In this document: piece by piece, positions 8,652-20,000 of the stretch
Numbering within the stretch: position 1 is the stretch's first letter
How the letters are laid out: the number at the start of each line of letters is the position of its first letter
Assembly: GCF_004010195.1 (NCBI RefSeq)
Contig: NC_057752.1
Location: 7,131,047-7,151,046, forward strand
Source of the DNA: Chiloscyllium plagiosum
Lineage: Eukaryota
Direction: 5' to 3'
Length of the DNA: 20,000 bases
Notes under the pieces: model-generated
Databases searched by the model: none
Seen by the model: the letters and a program-made list of their open reading frames with translations, nothing else
What the model was told of the DNA's origin: nothing
Program-made: the position numbers and the translations under genes

Positions 8652-8802
8652 CTGATCAGCAGTGTACATTGGGTACTATTGGGACAAGGCTTATGTCGAC
8701 AGGGTCTGTGGGGAGATCTGATGGGGCCCAGTCCCCCTCGGCACAGAAACGCACCGCAACTCAAGCTTTCAGCCTACTTCCCAAACGCAGAAGCTCATCC
8801 AG
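8652..8802 (+). CDS. mcrs1: MCRS1 coding exon (phase 1-2): (A)DQQCTLGTIGTRLMSTGSVGRSDGAQSPSAQKRTATQAFSLLPKRRSSS(R)
   Basis: Matches the human MCRS1 segment ..QKRASSQALGTIPKRRSSSR. Acceptor ctctttttctttatgaag|, donor AG|gtaatg. Confidence 0.88.
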
Positions 8803-10959
8803 GTAATGCAGGGGTGGAAATGCTGTCTCTTCAGCTCGCCTACAGCCTTTTATTTACATGTCATTTATATGACAGTGCCACTTCTACTTGAAATGGTTCT
8901 CTGCAATATTCATCACCTGTCCCACTCGATATTCTGAATTTTATTTATGGTGTGGGGTGGAGCTCTGAGTGCTGGCACTGGCAAAAGCAAAGCAAGATTA
9001 TAAATGCTCATTCGTTTCCAAATGGCAGTCAGATGTTTGACAGTGGCTCATGGTGGTAGTGGTGGCCATTTATCTTTGTTGTTGGTTGCACCTTACCTCC
9101 CAAAGACAGGGAGTTGAAGACAGCTTGGAAGAAGATGTTCTGCATCTAGTGAGGTGTATAGGTGAGCTAGTATACACCACAGTATTGCCGACAAAAACAG
9201 AGCATTTGTTATTTAAGACCTTTTTCACAGTATAACTGGACTATCAAATAAGGATCTGTGATATTCAAGTGATTCTGCATGGATAGACCACTTTGATACA
9301 GGGCGGACTGAACAGAGCCTGCATGCTGTAAACAGTAACTATACTGGGGGATTTAACTTGAGAATTTGTCAAGTGTTTCAAACTCTCAGAAGCTCTGACC
9401 ACCCCTCCATTTTGAAATCATGTTGCTTGGTGTTCCTTCTTTCCATCACCTGTATTTTCATACACATTTGGCTGAGTAAACTGAGTTGAGGAAATGATTT
9501 CAGAATTACTTTTTGACTGATTTTCTACTGTTTGGATCTCCCCTTGTTGAGTGACGTCCTTCCATGTTCCTCTGATTGTTGTTCACAAGCTTTCCAAAAC
9601 TGCTTGTTAGGTGGGAAAGGAAGGAGTCATCTCTCTTTCTTTCTCTCCAGTTGTTTCTTTCGCTGGTGCTGGTCAATTCTCTGACAGTGGCAACTGCCAA
9701 CACACAGTTCAAGCCTTCTGGTGGACTGTGCCACACTACTTTATTTAACTCCAATTTAAATGATGCTTTCATTGACCTGTCATAAAGTTTGTGATTCTTT
9801 AAAGTTCATCTTAAGTAAAGAGATAAATTGTAATGGTGATCGTATTAATGGGCCATGTGCAAATTGTTGAGGGAATGCAGATGTCATGCATTTAAGACCT
9901 GGATTTTAGGATTCATATTGTTTAACAGGATGAGGAGTGCCACTGATGAGTAGCCATATTAGATGCTTTGCGGCTAGTTTTTGTACTAGTACATGTGTGT
10001 GTGTTTTCAAATTACTCCTAATTTATTTTGCTAATCTCCTGTCTGCTGAACATGGTGTTAGCACCCCTTTGGGACTTTGCTTAAGCAAATGTTGTTTGTG
10101 GATGTGACTGTTGGATTCCTTGACCCATAAAGGGCATCACAACAAAGCCTGATCCTGTTTGAACTTGCTGACCATGTATCCAGCAAAAGTCAAATGACAG
10201 AAATGTGAAGTGAGTGCATTTTCCAAGTGCTAATTATTGCCTTGGGTATAAAGCTGTGTGGGTTAGTGGCTATTTGTGTGTAGTGGAGGTTTATCTTTCG
10301 AGGCCCAAGAAGCAATGGTGGTGGTGTAGCACGGTAAAGTTTCAACATTGTGAGGAGTTTATTTGACAAAAAGTCATCTTCCCTGCAAAGACAGAGATGT
10401 CTGTGCCACGCATTGAAGCATATTATTGTTTTGGCATTCCTGTGTTTGGACATAGAATGGTGAGGAAGGCTGGTGAATGAACAACATGAATGTTCCGTTC
10501 CCAGTTCCACTGTTCTTGAGAGTTTGTTTAGTACAGTTTGTAATGACTGCAATGTGAGCAGTTTTGTGCTGTAGATTGACCCTCTTGGGGTTGGGATGAG
10601 ACTACCTCAAATGCAAACATGTTGCACTCCAGCATTGGCACCATGTGCTTTGTGTCATCCTCCTTACCCTCAAATATTTTGATGTTTCCATCTTAACAAA
10701 GAGAACCTTCACTCCATCAATTTGGATTGGATTTAAACTCAAATCTGAGTTCAAGTGATTGGTCAAGATCACAGTGTTATTGAGATCTCCAGGCCTAAAT
10801 TTTAAGTTGGGAGCAATTTCTTTCTTTAGCAATAGTTCAGATTTTAATCTCTGCATCTGGAACAGTCAGGGTACGCTTCCTATTCTTACTTAACCATGTT
10901 GTTCTGTCATTTTCTTTTGCACCACTGACTGACCATTCTTACATTGTTCCATTTTCCAG

Positions 10960-11098
10960 ATCCATAAAACGCAAGAAGTTTGATGATGAGCTAGTTGAGA
11001 GCAGCCTCGCTAAATCTTCCACTCGGGCAAAGGGTCCAACAGGGATGGAACCTGGGCGATACTCTGGCAGTGAACCATCATCCAATGAGAAGAGAAAA
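10960..11098 (+). CDS. mcrs1: MCRS1 coding exon (phase 2-0): SIKRKKFDDELVESSLAKSSTRAKGPTGMEPGRYSGSEPSSNEKRK
   Basis: IKRKKFDDELVESSLAKSSTRAKG is the MCRS1 signature; ttttccag| and |gtatat sites. Confidence 0.97.
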
Positions 11099-11127
11099 GT
11101 ATATAACTATACAAGAAAACAAAACTC

Positions 11128-11272
11128 AACAAAATGCTGGAAATACACAGTAGATCCATCAGCATTTGAGAAAACAAAGGGTAGATTAATGGTTGGCCAG
11201 ATCCTTTTTATTGACCTGTCCCTTTTCTTTGTCAGAAGCTGATGAACTGCTATGTGCTTCCATTTCCAGCTT
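11128..11272. repeat. Decayed hairpin-like relative of the 6553-6937 repeat
   Basis: aaatgctggaaatacacagtagatccatcagc ... gctgatgaactgctatgtgcttccatttccagc form imperfect inverted arms; no intact ribozyme core. Confidence 0.5.
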
Positions 11273-11789
11273 AATTGGTTCTTAGTTGGGTTTTCACCAT
11301 CAGCAGTGTTTTCCTTTTTTCTATCTGTGCTCTTTAGGCAGTTAGTTAATGGGTTAATGTTTTCTAAATTTACTGAGTGGTTCATTTCCCACATACACCT
11401 CACTGCTTGGTTAAGCAGAGTCCCTATGACATAAGAGGAGGCTGTTCAGCCCAGGACCTCTTGTTCAAGCAACCTGGTCAGTCCCAATTCCACACCTCTG
11501 CAACGTTGGAAGCTTTGCTTACTGTGAGTTATTTTCATTGGGACCTGTTCAGCTCCAAATAGTGTGATGCATTGAGTAAATGCTGAATAGTGCACTGCTG
11601 CATGTGCTGTCTAGCAGTGGAATTCGGGTGTGATGCAAGGCAAAGATGCACTTGGACTGGGAACAGTCATAAACTGCCTGACCTTATTCCCAAAGTTTGG
11701 CATTGTCTTGAATCCTTCAGTGGTGATACTGCCTTGTGTCATTTTCCAATCTATTTTTTGAAGCCTCTGATTTGTAGCTCCATGCTGCA

Positions 11790-11941
11790 ATTCCCGGTAC
11801 TTGCTGATTGTATCAAGGATCACGCTCTAACTGATGAATCAAAGGAGGCTGGCACTGAAAATTTGTTCCTTGTAGATGGTGGACAGGCATTGGCGAGTCG
11901 GGAGGTGAGTTACATGCCTCATTTCCCAGCCTCTGATCTGC
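11790..11941 (-). mobile_element. LINE fragment, same family as 6085-6452
   Basis: Reverse complement cagaggctgggaaat..gtaactcacctcccgactcgccaatgcctgtccaccatctacaagg parallels 6390-6452. Confidence 0.6.
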
Positions 11942-11959
11942 CAGTTTGAATTGTGATTT

Positions 11960-12025
11960 ATTTTCACTCTTTTGGATGTTGGCTGACCTGCTCAATATTT
12001 CCAGCATTTTTCTATGTTTTATTGC
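11960..12025 (+). repeat. Decayed fragment of the PLE-derived short repeat
   Basis: ggatgttggctgacctgctcaatatttccagca resembles ggatgctgcctgacctgctgtgcttttccagca (6637-6669). Confidence 0.65.
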
Positions 12026-12260
12026 AACTTGTATTGATTTGAGTTTCGTTTTTAACTTCTTGTGTATCTTTTCCTTATTCACTGAAAGATGATGTATTCT
12101 CTGAATTTTATCACAAAATCCACGTGTAGAAGAAAACTTTAAGCTTGTAACTAAATTGTTTGTTCCCCAATGGGTTGGTAAAGCACTGGTTGTAGCAATA
12201 TCCTATCCAGGCCATGTGTTTGGTTAATGTTTTAATATCGCTCTATGATTCTTCTAGCAG

Positions 12261-12404
12261 ATATCAAAATCTACTACAGTGCCATCAGCTCCCAGTAGCA
12301 TTGCCAAGAGGTTGAAGAAAAGCAAGCAGCCACTTCAAGTCACAAAAGATCTTGGACGATGGAAACCAACAGATGACTTGCTGTTAATAAATGCAGTCTT
12401 GCAG
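12261..12404 (+). CDS. mcrs1: MCRS1 coding exon (phase 0-0): ISKSTTVPSAPSSIAKRLKKSKQPLQVTKDLGRWKPTDDLLLINAVLQ
   Basis: KKSKQPLQVTKDLGRWKP.DDLLLINAVLQ marks the start of the MCRS_N domain; tagcag| acceptor, CAG|gtaaag donor. Confidence 0.97.
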
Positions 12405-12589
12405 GTAAAGTAGAGGTAGTGAGGACACATTTCACAAATATGGGATTGAAATAGCTTTTATCCTTGTATCCTACATAATGGATGTCTGTATTCTCAGAAA
12501 TTTGGAACATTGTATCAGCTTATTTACTTGTCTCGTCCCATGCTTCATCTTCTGAATGTAATCAGGACCTAATTAATCTCAAAACACAA

Positions 12590-12690
12590 GCAAAATGCTG
12601 TGGATCTTGAGAATGGAAAGGAAAAATACAATATCCTGGAAATACTCCAGTAGTACTGGCAGCATCTGAAGGGGAAAAGAAAGTTAATGA
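12590..12690 (-). repeat. Decayed fragment of the PLE-derived short repeat, minus orientation
   Basis: cctggaaatactccagtagtactggcagcatctg resembles gctggaaa..cagcaggtcaggcagcatc. Confidence 0.5.
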
Positions 12691-14953
12691 CCTTTTGTCA
12701 AAAACCTTCCCTCATGGGAAGCGTATATTCTCTCCGATCTACTTAAGTTCTATCATTTAAGTCATTTGAAACCTGGAAATAAACTTTAATTTTATCTCAT
12801 CTTTACTTTATCCCATGTTTTATTTTTTTCTACACTGTCTCCCCTTTCTGCTCATGCTACTTGAACTGGTTTCTGAGATGATGGCTTCCAATTTAAGTGC
12901 ATTTGTGTGTATTTTTTTCCAAACCCTTTTCAGCTTCAGGCCTGTTGCTAAGTTGCCTTCTAATCTGCAAAAGTGATTTGCTGGGCCGACGTACTAGTCT
13001 TAAAAGTAATTTGCTTTTAAGATCTTGTGATAATGTGATTGTGATGTACCGTGTATGATTTATACATATGGCAAACGTTTTATTAACCGGCACCTATGGG
13101 ACTAGAAGTATGCCGTTTGGTGAAATATTCCGGTTGATCAAGGAGTCCACATGAACAATGTAAAAACATAAGTAATAGAAACATAATGCAAGGGGTATGC
13201 AGATCACTTTATTTACAGCATTAATCTCTTAAATAGTAATGCAAATTTTGCTTAAATAAAACTTATCAGAAGAGAGCCTTCTCACTTGTCACCCTCAGCT
13301 GACTACTTGGATATTGCGGGGATTGCAATAACAAAGTAAACATCTGGTATTTGAGGTATATATAACGTGTGCCGGTTTATTGAGAGTGTTCATAAGGTGC
13401 AGGTTAAAACAAAGTTTGCTGCATTTTAATATCATTTATTTGGAGGTTTTGGATTTTTGAATTTTGAGTTCATGGCATATGGGTTTTCTGTGTCTGAAGG
13501 GGTTTAATGATTAACTTATAAGTATTCTTGTAGCCATAGTGATGTCTTTTAAAAATCAGTCTGAGAATGTGCTTTTTGGAGGCTTATTGGGATTTGATTA
13601 TGTTGGGAGAGTTTACAATGTAGTGCATTAAGCTTTCAGAAGCAGAATTCTGTTTTGGGCATACGGGAAACACCTAATACTTGGAAAGCAGCTTTATGTT
13701 TCAGTTTGGAACAGTTCTGCAGGGCTCTGAGCAGAAGCTGAATGTGTAAAGCAGTTGCTCCTGAGAAAGAGAGAAGATAGTTTAGAATTGTTAAAAGTAG
13801 GTTATTGATACATCTTTGTGTATATAAGGCAAACTGGATCCAGAAAAGCAGAAAGTATTCTTTGGTATTTCAGCCCATGGCTTTCAACCACTCAACTCAT
13901 TTGTAGTACCTGATTCTTGTCACTAGGAAGCGCTACAGTGCGATAACAAAGTGATGAGAGACAGTCAGATAGGGAATGTACATTAGTTTTTCAAAAAAGT
14001 AGTGAATTAAGAGGAAAACTCAACCTTTGTACCAAAAATGATCTTTTACAAAATTTCAAATGGATCAGAACACAGGAATGAACATGAGCCACTTTGCACG
14101 TGACCTAAAGTGTGTAATAATTTGTAGTGTTGTGAAGATGTGACTGATATTCCTAATCTGTGCCTAATGTTTGGGCCTGATTCAGTTGTGCACTGTATGC
14201 TTTCTGTTTAGTTCAGGATTTTCTGCAGTGAGTGGATTGAAATGTGTTTAAACAGAAAGTATATTTTGTTATGTCCATATATTAAAGTGTGGTAATTTAA
14301 TGGAAATTGTAGATTGTGGGTAATGCATATGATATAAATTGGAATTAAACCTTCTTTCTACTTCTTACAACTTACTGACTCAGTCTTGAATCAACTCATC
14401 ACTTTTCCCTTTATTTTAAAAAAAACACATTAATTTAAAAAAACATTAATTTATTGCTTGAGATAAGGAGAAGATCCAGTTGCCTATTTTTGCTCAGTGA
14501 TGCCTGATCTCTGCTGGAAGATGTGCATGTGAGATGGTTGAGGAGAGAATCTGTCTCTGCTGGGATACATTTGAATAGTGCTAACATGACTTGGGCTGTA
14601 CACAGTGAGCAACTATTTGGGGTGAGGTTCTGGACTGTTAGTTCCCCTCTTTTGCTGTGTCCCAGCACAGTTTTGGAAAGAAGGGATAAAGATTGTCGGA
14701 GGGGTGGGGAGGTTGGTGAGCGTGAAAGAGTGTGGAGAAGAACCTGTGTGATGGTAACTGCCTTGTGCAGCTGGAATGGTAATGTTCTGCAGCTGAAAAC
14801 CTGCTGGATCATTCTATGCTGCTGTTTAGAGCATGTTTTATTTAGTAACCAATAATATTAGCATCTTGCCCACCAGTGGGCATCCGTATATTAAAATTTA
14901 CAGTGAATGTTTCCATTCTTTCTGTGGGCTGATGTTGTATTTTTGAACTACAG

Positions 14954-15063
14954 ACAAATGACTTGACTGCAGTGCACCTTGGAGTGAAGTTCAGTTGTCG
15001 TTTCACATTACGGGAGATCCGGGAGCGGTGGTATGCACTGTTGTATGACCCTGTTATATCGAA
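14954..15063 (+). CDS. mcrs1: MCRS1 coding exon (phase 0-2): TNDLTAVHLGVKFSCRFTLREIRERWYALLYDPVIS(K)
   Basis: Near-identical to human TNDLTSVHLGVKFSCRFTLREVQERWYALLYDPVISK; cag| and |gtaagt. Confidence 0.98.
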
Positions 15064-15476
15064 GTAAGTAAAGTGACTACAAAATGAAAAGCTGCTGAGC
15101 TGCATTTAAGACTAACAATAATCTATTACATCTGCTCTGTTTTTCTCTCTAATGAATCTGAATGTTCTACTTATCAATGTGTACATTCGTGCTAAGAAAT
15201 AGAATGTTTTTCACTTTGTGTATGTAAAACAGTTTGTGAATTTAAAATCATTGCAGCTGTGGAAGACAATCCGTTGTCAAGTGAATGGACCAGTAATTTG
15301 AAACATGATTGTACAGTTCAGATGTAAGCAAATTGCTCAAAGGTTTGCTCACTGTCAAGAGTCTGTGGATTCACAACTGTTTCATAACTTTTTCCTCCCT
15401 GTTTATATCTTGTGTAAGTCTGAACCTTGAAAGCTCATGTGAACCTGAATCTGTTAATGGCTGCTTGCTCTTTCAG

Positions 15477-15585
15477 ATTGGCTTGTCAGGCGATGAGACA
15501 GCTTCACCCTGAAGCAATTGCAGCAATTCAGGCCAAAGCTCTTTATAGCAAGGCAGAGGAGCAACAGTTGGCAAAGATTGGATCG
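15477..15585 (+). CDS. mcrs1: MCRS1 coding exon (phase 2-0): LACQAMRQLHPEAIAAIQAKALYSKAEEQQLAKIGS
   Basis: Matches human LACQAMRQLHPEAIAAIQSKALFSKAEEQLLSKVGS; tttcag| and |gtaatg. Confidence 0.98.
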
Positions 15586-16187
15586 GTAATGAATGCAGTA
15601 TTTTCCACAGGGTTAAAACACAGTATAAATTATCTTTCCTTTTAGAACTGGACATTGGCATGGTGGCAAGGTGTGGGGAAGAGAGCAGGTTGTTAAAAGC
15701 AATTTATTATTTTGAGGATCAAATTGATTGTAGCCAAAGACTTGAAGTGGATTATATTTTATACAGAATAATGCACACAATGAACCGAGTCCCAAATGTC
15801 TTGAAGGATCCTGATTAAATTCCAGCTCTCAGTTCAGCATGGCAACTATTGGAACAGTGCCCATAATAGGGGTAAAGTCTTCCAGGATTTGTGTTCTGAT
15901 TGCTTTTGGAACATTCTTATGGGAAAGTATTGAATGGGGTTAAAGTTATGATGCTCTTAATGTTCAAAGAACCTGGTAGCATTGCCTCTGGTCAGACAGC
16001 CATGGAGAATGGCCATCGGAGTATAGCACTGGAGAGCTGCTCATACTTGGTCGCGGTTTTCTCCAGCAAATCTTAAATGTCTTCAAAAGAGGGAAGAAAA
16101 TGTATCCATTGATTAAAATATTTTAATGTGACCTTCTAATATCAGTAAATGTATAATAAAACATTTTTAACAAAATCATACAAGCAA

Positions 16188-16790
16188 GGAAATTAAGAGC
16201 AGGAGTAGGTCACTCAGTCCTTGAGCCTGCTCCGCCATTCAGTGAGGTCATGGCTGATCTGAGTATTTAGTGTTCCTGTATATCTCTAAAAAGCTTTCAC
16301 CCCCTTGCTTATCAAGAATCTATCTATCTCTGCCTTAAAAATTCAGTGACTCTGCTAGGGGAGAAGAGTTCCAAAGATTCCAGAGCCTTTGAGAAAAAAA
16401 ATCTCCCTAACTCTGTCTTAAATGGACCCCAAATTTGCAAACAGTGACCCTCAGGTCGAGATAATGACATGAGGAAACAATGTTTCCACGTACATCCTGT
16501 CAAGACTCCTCAGGATCTTGTATATTTCAATCAAGTCACTTTTTAAAAAAAATCTCCAGTGAATACAAGCCTAGTATGTCCAGCCTTTCCTTGTAAGACA
16601 AAACCCACTTGTTCCAGATATTAGTTTAGTAAACCATTTCTGAACTGTTTCCAGCGCATTTACATCCTTCTTAAATAAGGTGACCAATACTGTGCACATT
16701 ATTCCAGACCCGGTCTCACCAGTGTCCTGTACAACTGAAGCATGACTTTTGTACTTTCATATATAATAGCCCTTCCAATAAGCGATAATG
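16188..16790 (-). mobile_element. Decayed CR1-type LINE 3' fragment
   Basis: gcaggagtaggtcactcagtccttgagcctgc..ggtcatggctgatc is homologous to 19593-19655, followed by ORF2-derived sequence. Confidence 0.85.
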
Positions 16791-17018
16791 TTGGCTTTCT
16801 TAAACTGACCGATCCAAACCTATCTGACTGTACTCAATTTAAGTTCACTTGGATTTGGAATTTCATCGTAGCTGGTCCCTAACTAAATTGAGCACATTCT
16901 TTTCAATTTGGAAGAGGGAGGTTTTACATGTCTTTGCTTGGATATCTCGACCTTCTAACAGAGCAGGGCTGACAGAACCACCTGCTATTGTTTACTTTTT
17001 TTTCTGTTCTCTCCATAG

Positions 17019-17157
17019 ACTAGTCAACCCACACTGGACACCTTTCAGGAGTTACTGAACAAACATCCAAATGTTTTCTATCAGTCTCGCACTGCTAAAT
17101 CTCTGCAGGTTCATTGGCAGCTGATGAAACAATACTATCTCTTAGAAGATCAAACAG
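17019..17157 (+). CDS. mcrs1: MCRS1 coding exon (phase 0-1): TSQPTLDTFQELLNKHPNVFYQSRTAKSLQVHWQLMKQYYLLEDQT
   Basis: Matches human TSQPTLETFQDLL..HWQLMKQYYLLEDQT; long polypyrimidine tract + tag|, donor G|gtaaaa. Confidence 0.98.
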
Positions 17158-17402
17158 GTAAAAGCATGCTGGCTTTGTGGCTGATGAGCAGAGAGTAGAC
17201 ATTCATCCAATGCTTTCCCCATACCCTAGGAAGTTTCTTCAACCTCTGAATGTGCTGGTGAGGGCCACGTTTGTTTTTGGTGCTCATACGTTCGAGGTTG
17301 GGGTGGTACAAGTGGCTGTGGAAGATGCAGGCACCTATCATCATGCAAGGTGGCCATGCAGTGTCGACTTATTAATTTGACATCTGCTAAATGTTAAAAT
17401 AT

Positions 17403-17905
17403 TAGGAACTTAGGAGTAGCCTATTAAGTCCCTCGAGCCTGTTCCATGTTCAATGAGATCATGGCTGATCTATGGCCTAACTTCATATGGTCTTTCACCC
17501 ATATCCCTTAATACCTTTGCTTAATAAAACATTATCTATTTGAGATTTAAAAATAACAACTGATCCAGGATCCACTGCCATTTGTGGAAGAGAGTTCTGA
17601 ACCTTTACCATCCTTTGTGTTTAGCAATGCTTCCTAACATCTCTCCTAAACGGTCTGGCCCTAATTTTCAGACTATGCCCCCCCCATCGTTCTAGAGTCC
17701 CCAGTTAGTGGAAATGGTTTATCTTTATTCACCCTGCCATTTCCTGTTAATATCTTGAAGACTTTGATTAGATCACGCCTTAACCTTCTAAACTCTAGTA
17801 AAAACAGGCCTTATTTGTATAACCTCTCCTCATAACTCCTGAAGTCTAGGTATCAACTTGTAAACTACATTGTACTCAAAGCCAATATATTCTTCTGAAG
17901 GTGTG
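17403..17905 (-). mobile_element. CR1-type LINE 3' fragment
   Basis: aggagtagcc..ctcgagcctgttcc..tcatggctgatc 3' UTR; cctaaacggtct, gatcac..taaccttctaaactc parallel 19835-19981. Confidence 0.85.
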
Positions 17906-18459
17906 AATTTCTCCACCCAGGCTGGACGGCAGTTCACTAACATTTGACTTAAAGCGATGTCCTCCCACTTAGTTTTAAAGAAAAAAAACTGCTGATGTTT
18001 GTTGGCCAAATTCACTTTGGGAAATGTTGGCAGGCATGAGGTACATCTGAATAATACATTGCATGAAGTACCAGTAAGTGTCCAGCATCTGTTGCTGAGT
18101 GAGAGTCTGACTCTTTAGGAGAGAGAAAGATTACATTTTATCATTTAGTAATGATACAACAAAGTAGGAAGCCGCATCCTAATTACAACATGTTCTGGTC
18201 TGTTCGGTTAAAGAAGGTTATAGGAATGCTTATCGAAACAATATTCGACCTCTCCCGTGCTTCACATCTCTGTTTCTGAGCATTACTTCAATCACACACT
18301 ATGCATCTGTATTCTTTAGAATCTGGTTTTGCCTTTATGAAACATTTTTGGATGTTGTTATGCTAAAGGCTTTATATAAATGAGCTTTTCTGCTGTCGAT
18401 TTAATGTGCTGTGGTGATTTTACTCCGTTTTCCTTACTGGTTCTTCACTTACTTGCTAG

Positions 18460-18535
18460 TCCAACCGTTACCGAAGGGAGATCAAGTTCTGAATTTTTCT
18501 GATGCGGAAGACATGATTGATGACAGCAAACTCAA
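18460..18535 (+). CDS. mcrs1: MCRS1 coding exon (phase 1-2): (V)QPLPKGDQVLNFSDAEDMIDDSKL(K); last exon in the window
   Basis: Matches human VQPLPKGDQVLNFSDAEDLIDDSKLK; tag| and |gtaagt. Confidence 0.97.
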
Positions 18536-18844
18536 GTAAGTGTTAAAAGTTTTGTTTACATTGGGAAATGAATGTAATTCTCTCTCCACCTCTTTATATT
18601 CGTGTCAAAGTGATCGCTTATTTCTGAAGTAGTAAAATAACAGAGGTGTGATATTCACCTTGTACTTCTGGAACCTGGGTTTGAATTCAGCATAGACGTC
18701 AATTGAACTGTTTTTGTTTATTGGGTGTGTAGCAGCTTGATATGGAGTGATTAGGAACAACATCACATAAAAAAGCATGTTTAAACTGGTGAATCTTAGT
18801 TACGTGAATGCTTTCTTTTTTCAAGTTTTCATTTATTTTCCTAG

Positions 18845-19572
18845 GTTAGAGGGAACATCACTATATGTGACCGTTCTATTCTTCATTAAGATGGTGAATG
18901 ACTTAGTTGATTCTGAGACTAGGGTCCTGATTATAAATAAAGGAAACTGCAATGGTCTGATAAGTTGGAGAATGTTACTTAAAAGGATGACTATGGTTAG
19001 GCAATGGCAAACATTTTAAAGGTGCATCGAGGAACGACAAAAATTAGCTATTCTTGTCTGGCACAAAAATGAAACAGGAAAGATGGCCTGAGCATGGCTA
19101 ACAAGGGAAATTCGTGTTGGTGTTGAATCTAAAGAAGGGACATACAAATTGGAGAAAACCAGCAAACCCGAGAATGGGAAGCAGTTTAGATTTCAGCAAA
19201 GAAGGACAGCGAGATTAACTGCCTCAATGTAAGCTTGCAGGGAGCATACAAAAGCTTCAATTGGTACGTGAAGAGAAAAAACTTCGTGAAGGCAAATGTC
19301 AGAAACGGTAAGTTTTATAATGGGAAACAAAGAGATGGAAGACCAGTTAACTGCAAAGGACGAGACAAGTAACATCCCAAAAATGTTGGGTAGCACAGGG
19401 TCCAGTGAGAGAGAGAGAAACTGAAGGTAATCAGTATTAGTAAGGAAATGGTGCTGGGGAAACTGGTGGGATTAGAGACCGATAAATCCCCAGGGGTCCA
19501 TAGTCTTTGTCCCAGAGTACTTCAGGAAGTGGCCCTAGAAATTGTGGATGTATTGGTGGGCAACTTTCAATA
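18845..19572 (+). mobile_element. Decayed CR1 ORF2 internal fragment (endonuclease-RT linker)
   Basis: 19481-19570 reads DKSPGVHSLCPRVLQEVALEIVDVLVGNFQ (CR1 KSPGPDG..PRVLKE motif); upstream frameshifts and deletions. Confidence 0.8.
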
Positions 19573-19573
19573 T

Positions 19574-20000
19574 TAGACAATAGACAATAGGTGCAGGAGT
19601 AGGCCATTCAGCCCTTCGAGCCTGCACCACCATTCAATATGGTCATGGTTGATCATTCCTAATCAGTATCCTGTTCCTGCCTGATCTCCATAACCCTTGA
19701 TTCCACTATCTTTTGGGAGCTCTATCCAACTCTTTCTTAAATGAATCCAGAGACTGGGCGTCCACTGCCCTCTGGGGCAGAGCATTCCACACAGCCACCA
19801 CTCTCTGGGTGAAGAAGTTTCTCCTTATCTCTGTCCTAAATGGTCTACCCCGTATTTTTAAGCAGATAACTCTGGTTCGGCACTCACCCATCAGCGGAAA
19901 CATGTTTCCTGCCTCCAGAGTGTCCAATCCTTTAATAATCTTATATGTCTCAATCAGATCCCCTCTCAGTCTTCTAAACTCAAGGGTATACAAGCCCAGT
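19574..20000 (-). mobile_element. Relatively intact CR1 3' end, running off the window
   Basis: Open 95-aa ORF2 C-terminus YTLEFRRLRGDLIETYKIIKG..RRNFFTQRVVAVWNALP..FKKELD; 3' UTR with short (TAGACAA)2 tail at 19574-19587. Confidence 0.93.

Noticed and set aside
9506..9785. Overlapping 88-aa (-) and 69-aa (+) ORFs as a nested gene
   Set aside because: No recognisable domain or exon chain; lengths are expected by chance.
9760..9960. Possible box C/D snoRNA (ATGATG/ATGAGG..CTGA motifs)
   Set aside because: No correctly spaced C and D boxes with a terminal stem that I could verify; needs snoscan/Infernal.
13100..13900. Possible solo LTR or old repeat
   Set aside because: No TG..CA termini, TSD or PBS identifiable.
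14415..14453. Short tandem duplication (aaaaaaacattaattt)x2
   Set aside because: Simple slippage in an AT-rich tract.
14435..14855. 125-aa (-) and 110-aa (+) ORFs
   Set aside because: No recognisable homology; intronic and probably a decayed repeat.
18640..18700. tRNA-like B-box (ctgggtttgaattcag) as a tRNA gene
   Set aside because: No cloverleaf can be folded; at most an old SINE head.

Overview
Vertebrate nuclear DNA, most likely a cartilaginous fish (inferred from the repeat families). The window holds the 5' part of an MCRS1 (microspherule protein 1) gene on the + strand. A small CpG/ETS promoter lies at ~1040-1300, followed by two candidate 5' exons (ending at 1316; 5027-5170). Seven frame-consistent coding exons follow (8652-8802, 10960-11098, 12261-12404, 14954-15063, 15477-15585, 17019-17157, 18460-18535), and the gene continues past the window (FHA domain exons not included). 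Introns and the upstream region are full of CR1-type and other LINE fragments, tRNA-derived SINEs and Penelope-like elements (PLEs). Two observations stand out. (1) Two intact minimal type-I hammerhead ribozyme cores lie 220 nt apart in sense orientation in intron 2, with a 36-bp inverted arm that can pair with either copy. (2) A 144-nt symmetric 5' exon carries one in-frame TGA followed by an in-frame ATG-ATG, giving a possible uORF/alternative N-terminus switch. PLE hammerheads are a known class, so any novelty is in this particular arrangement. Nearly all ORFs in the supplied track are repeat artefacts. No prokaryotic or CRISPR features are present.
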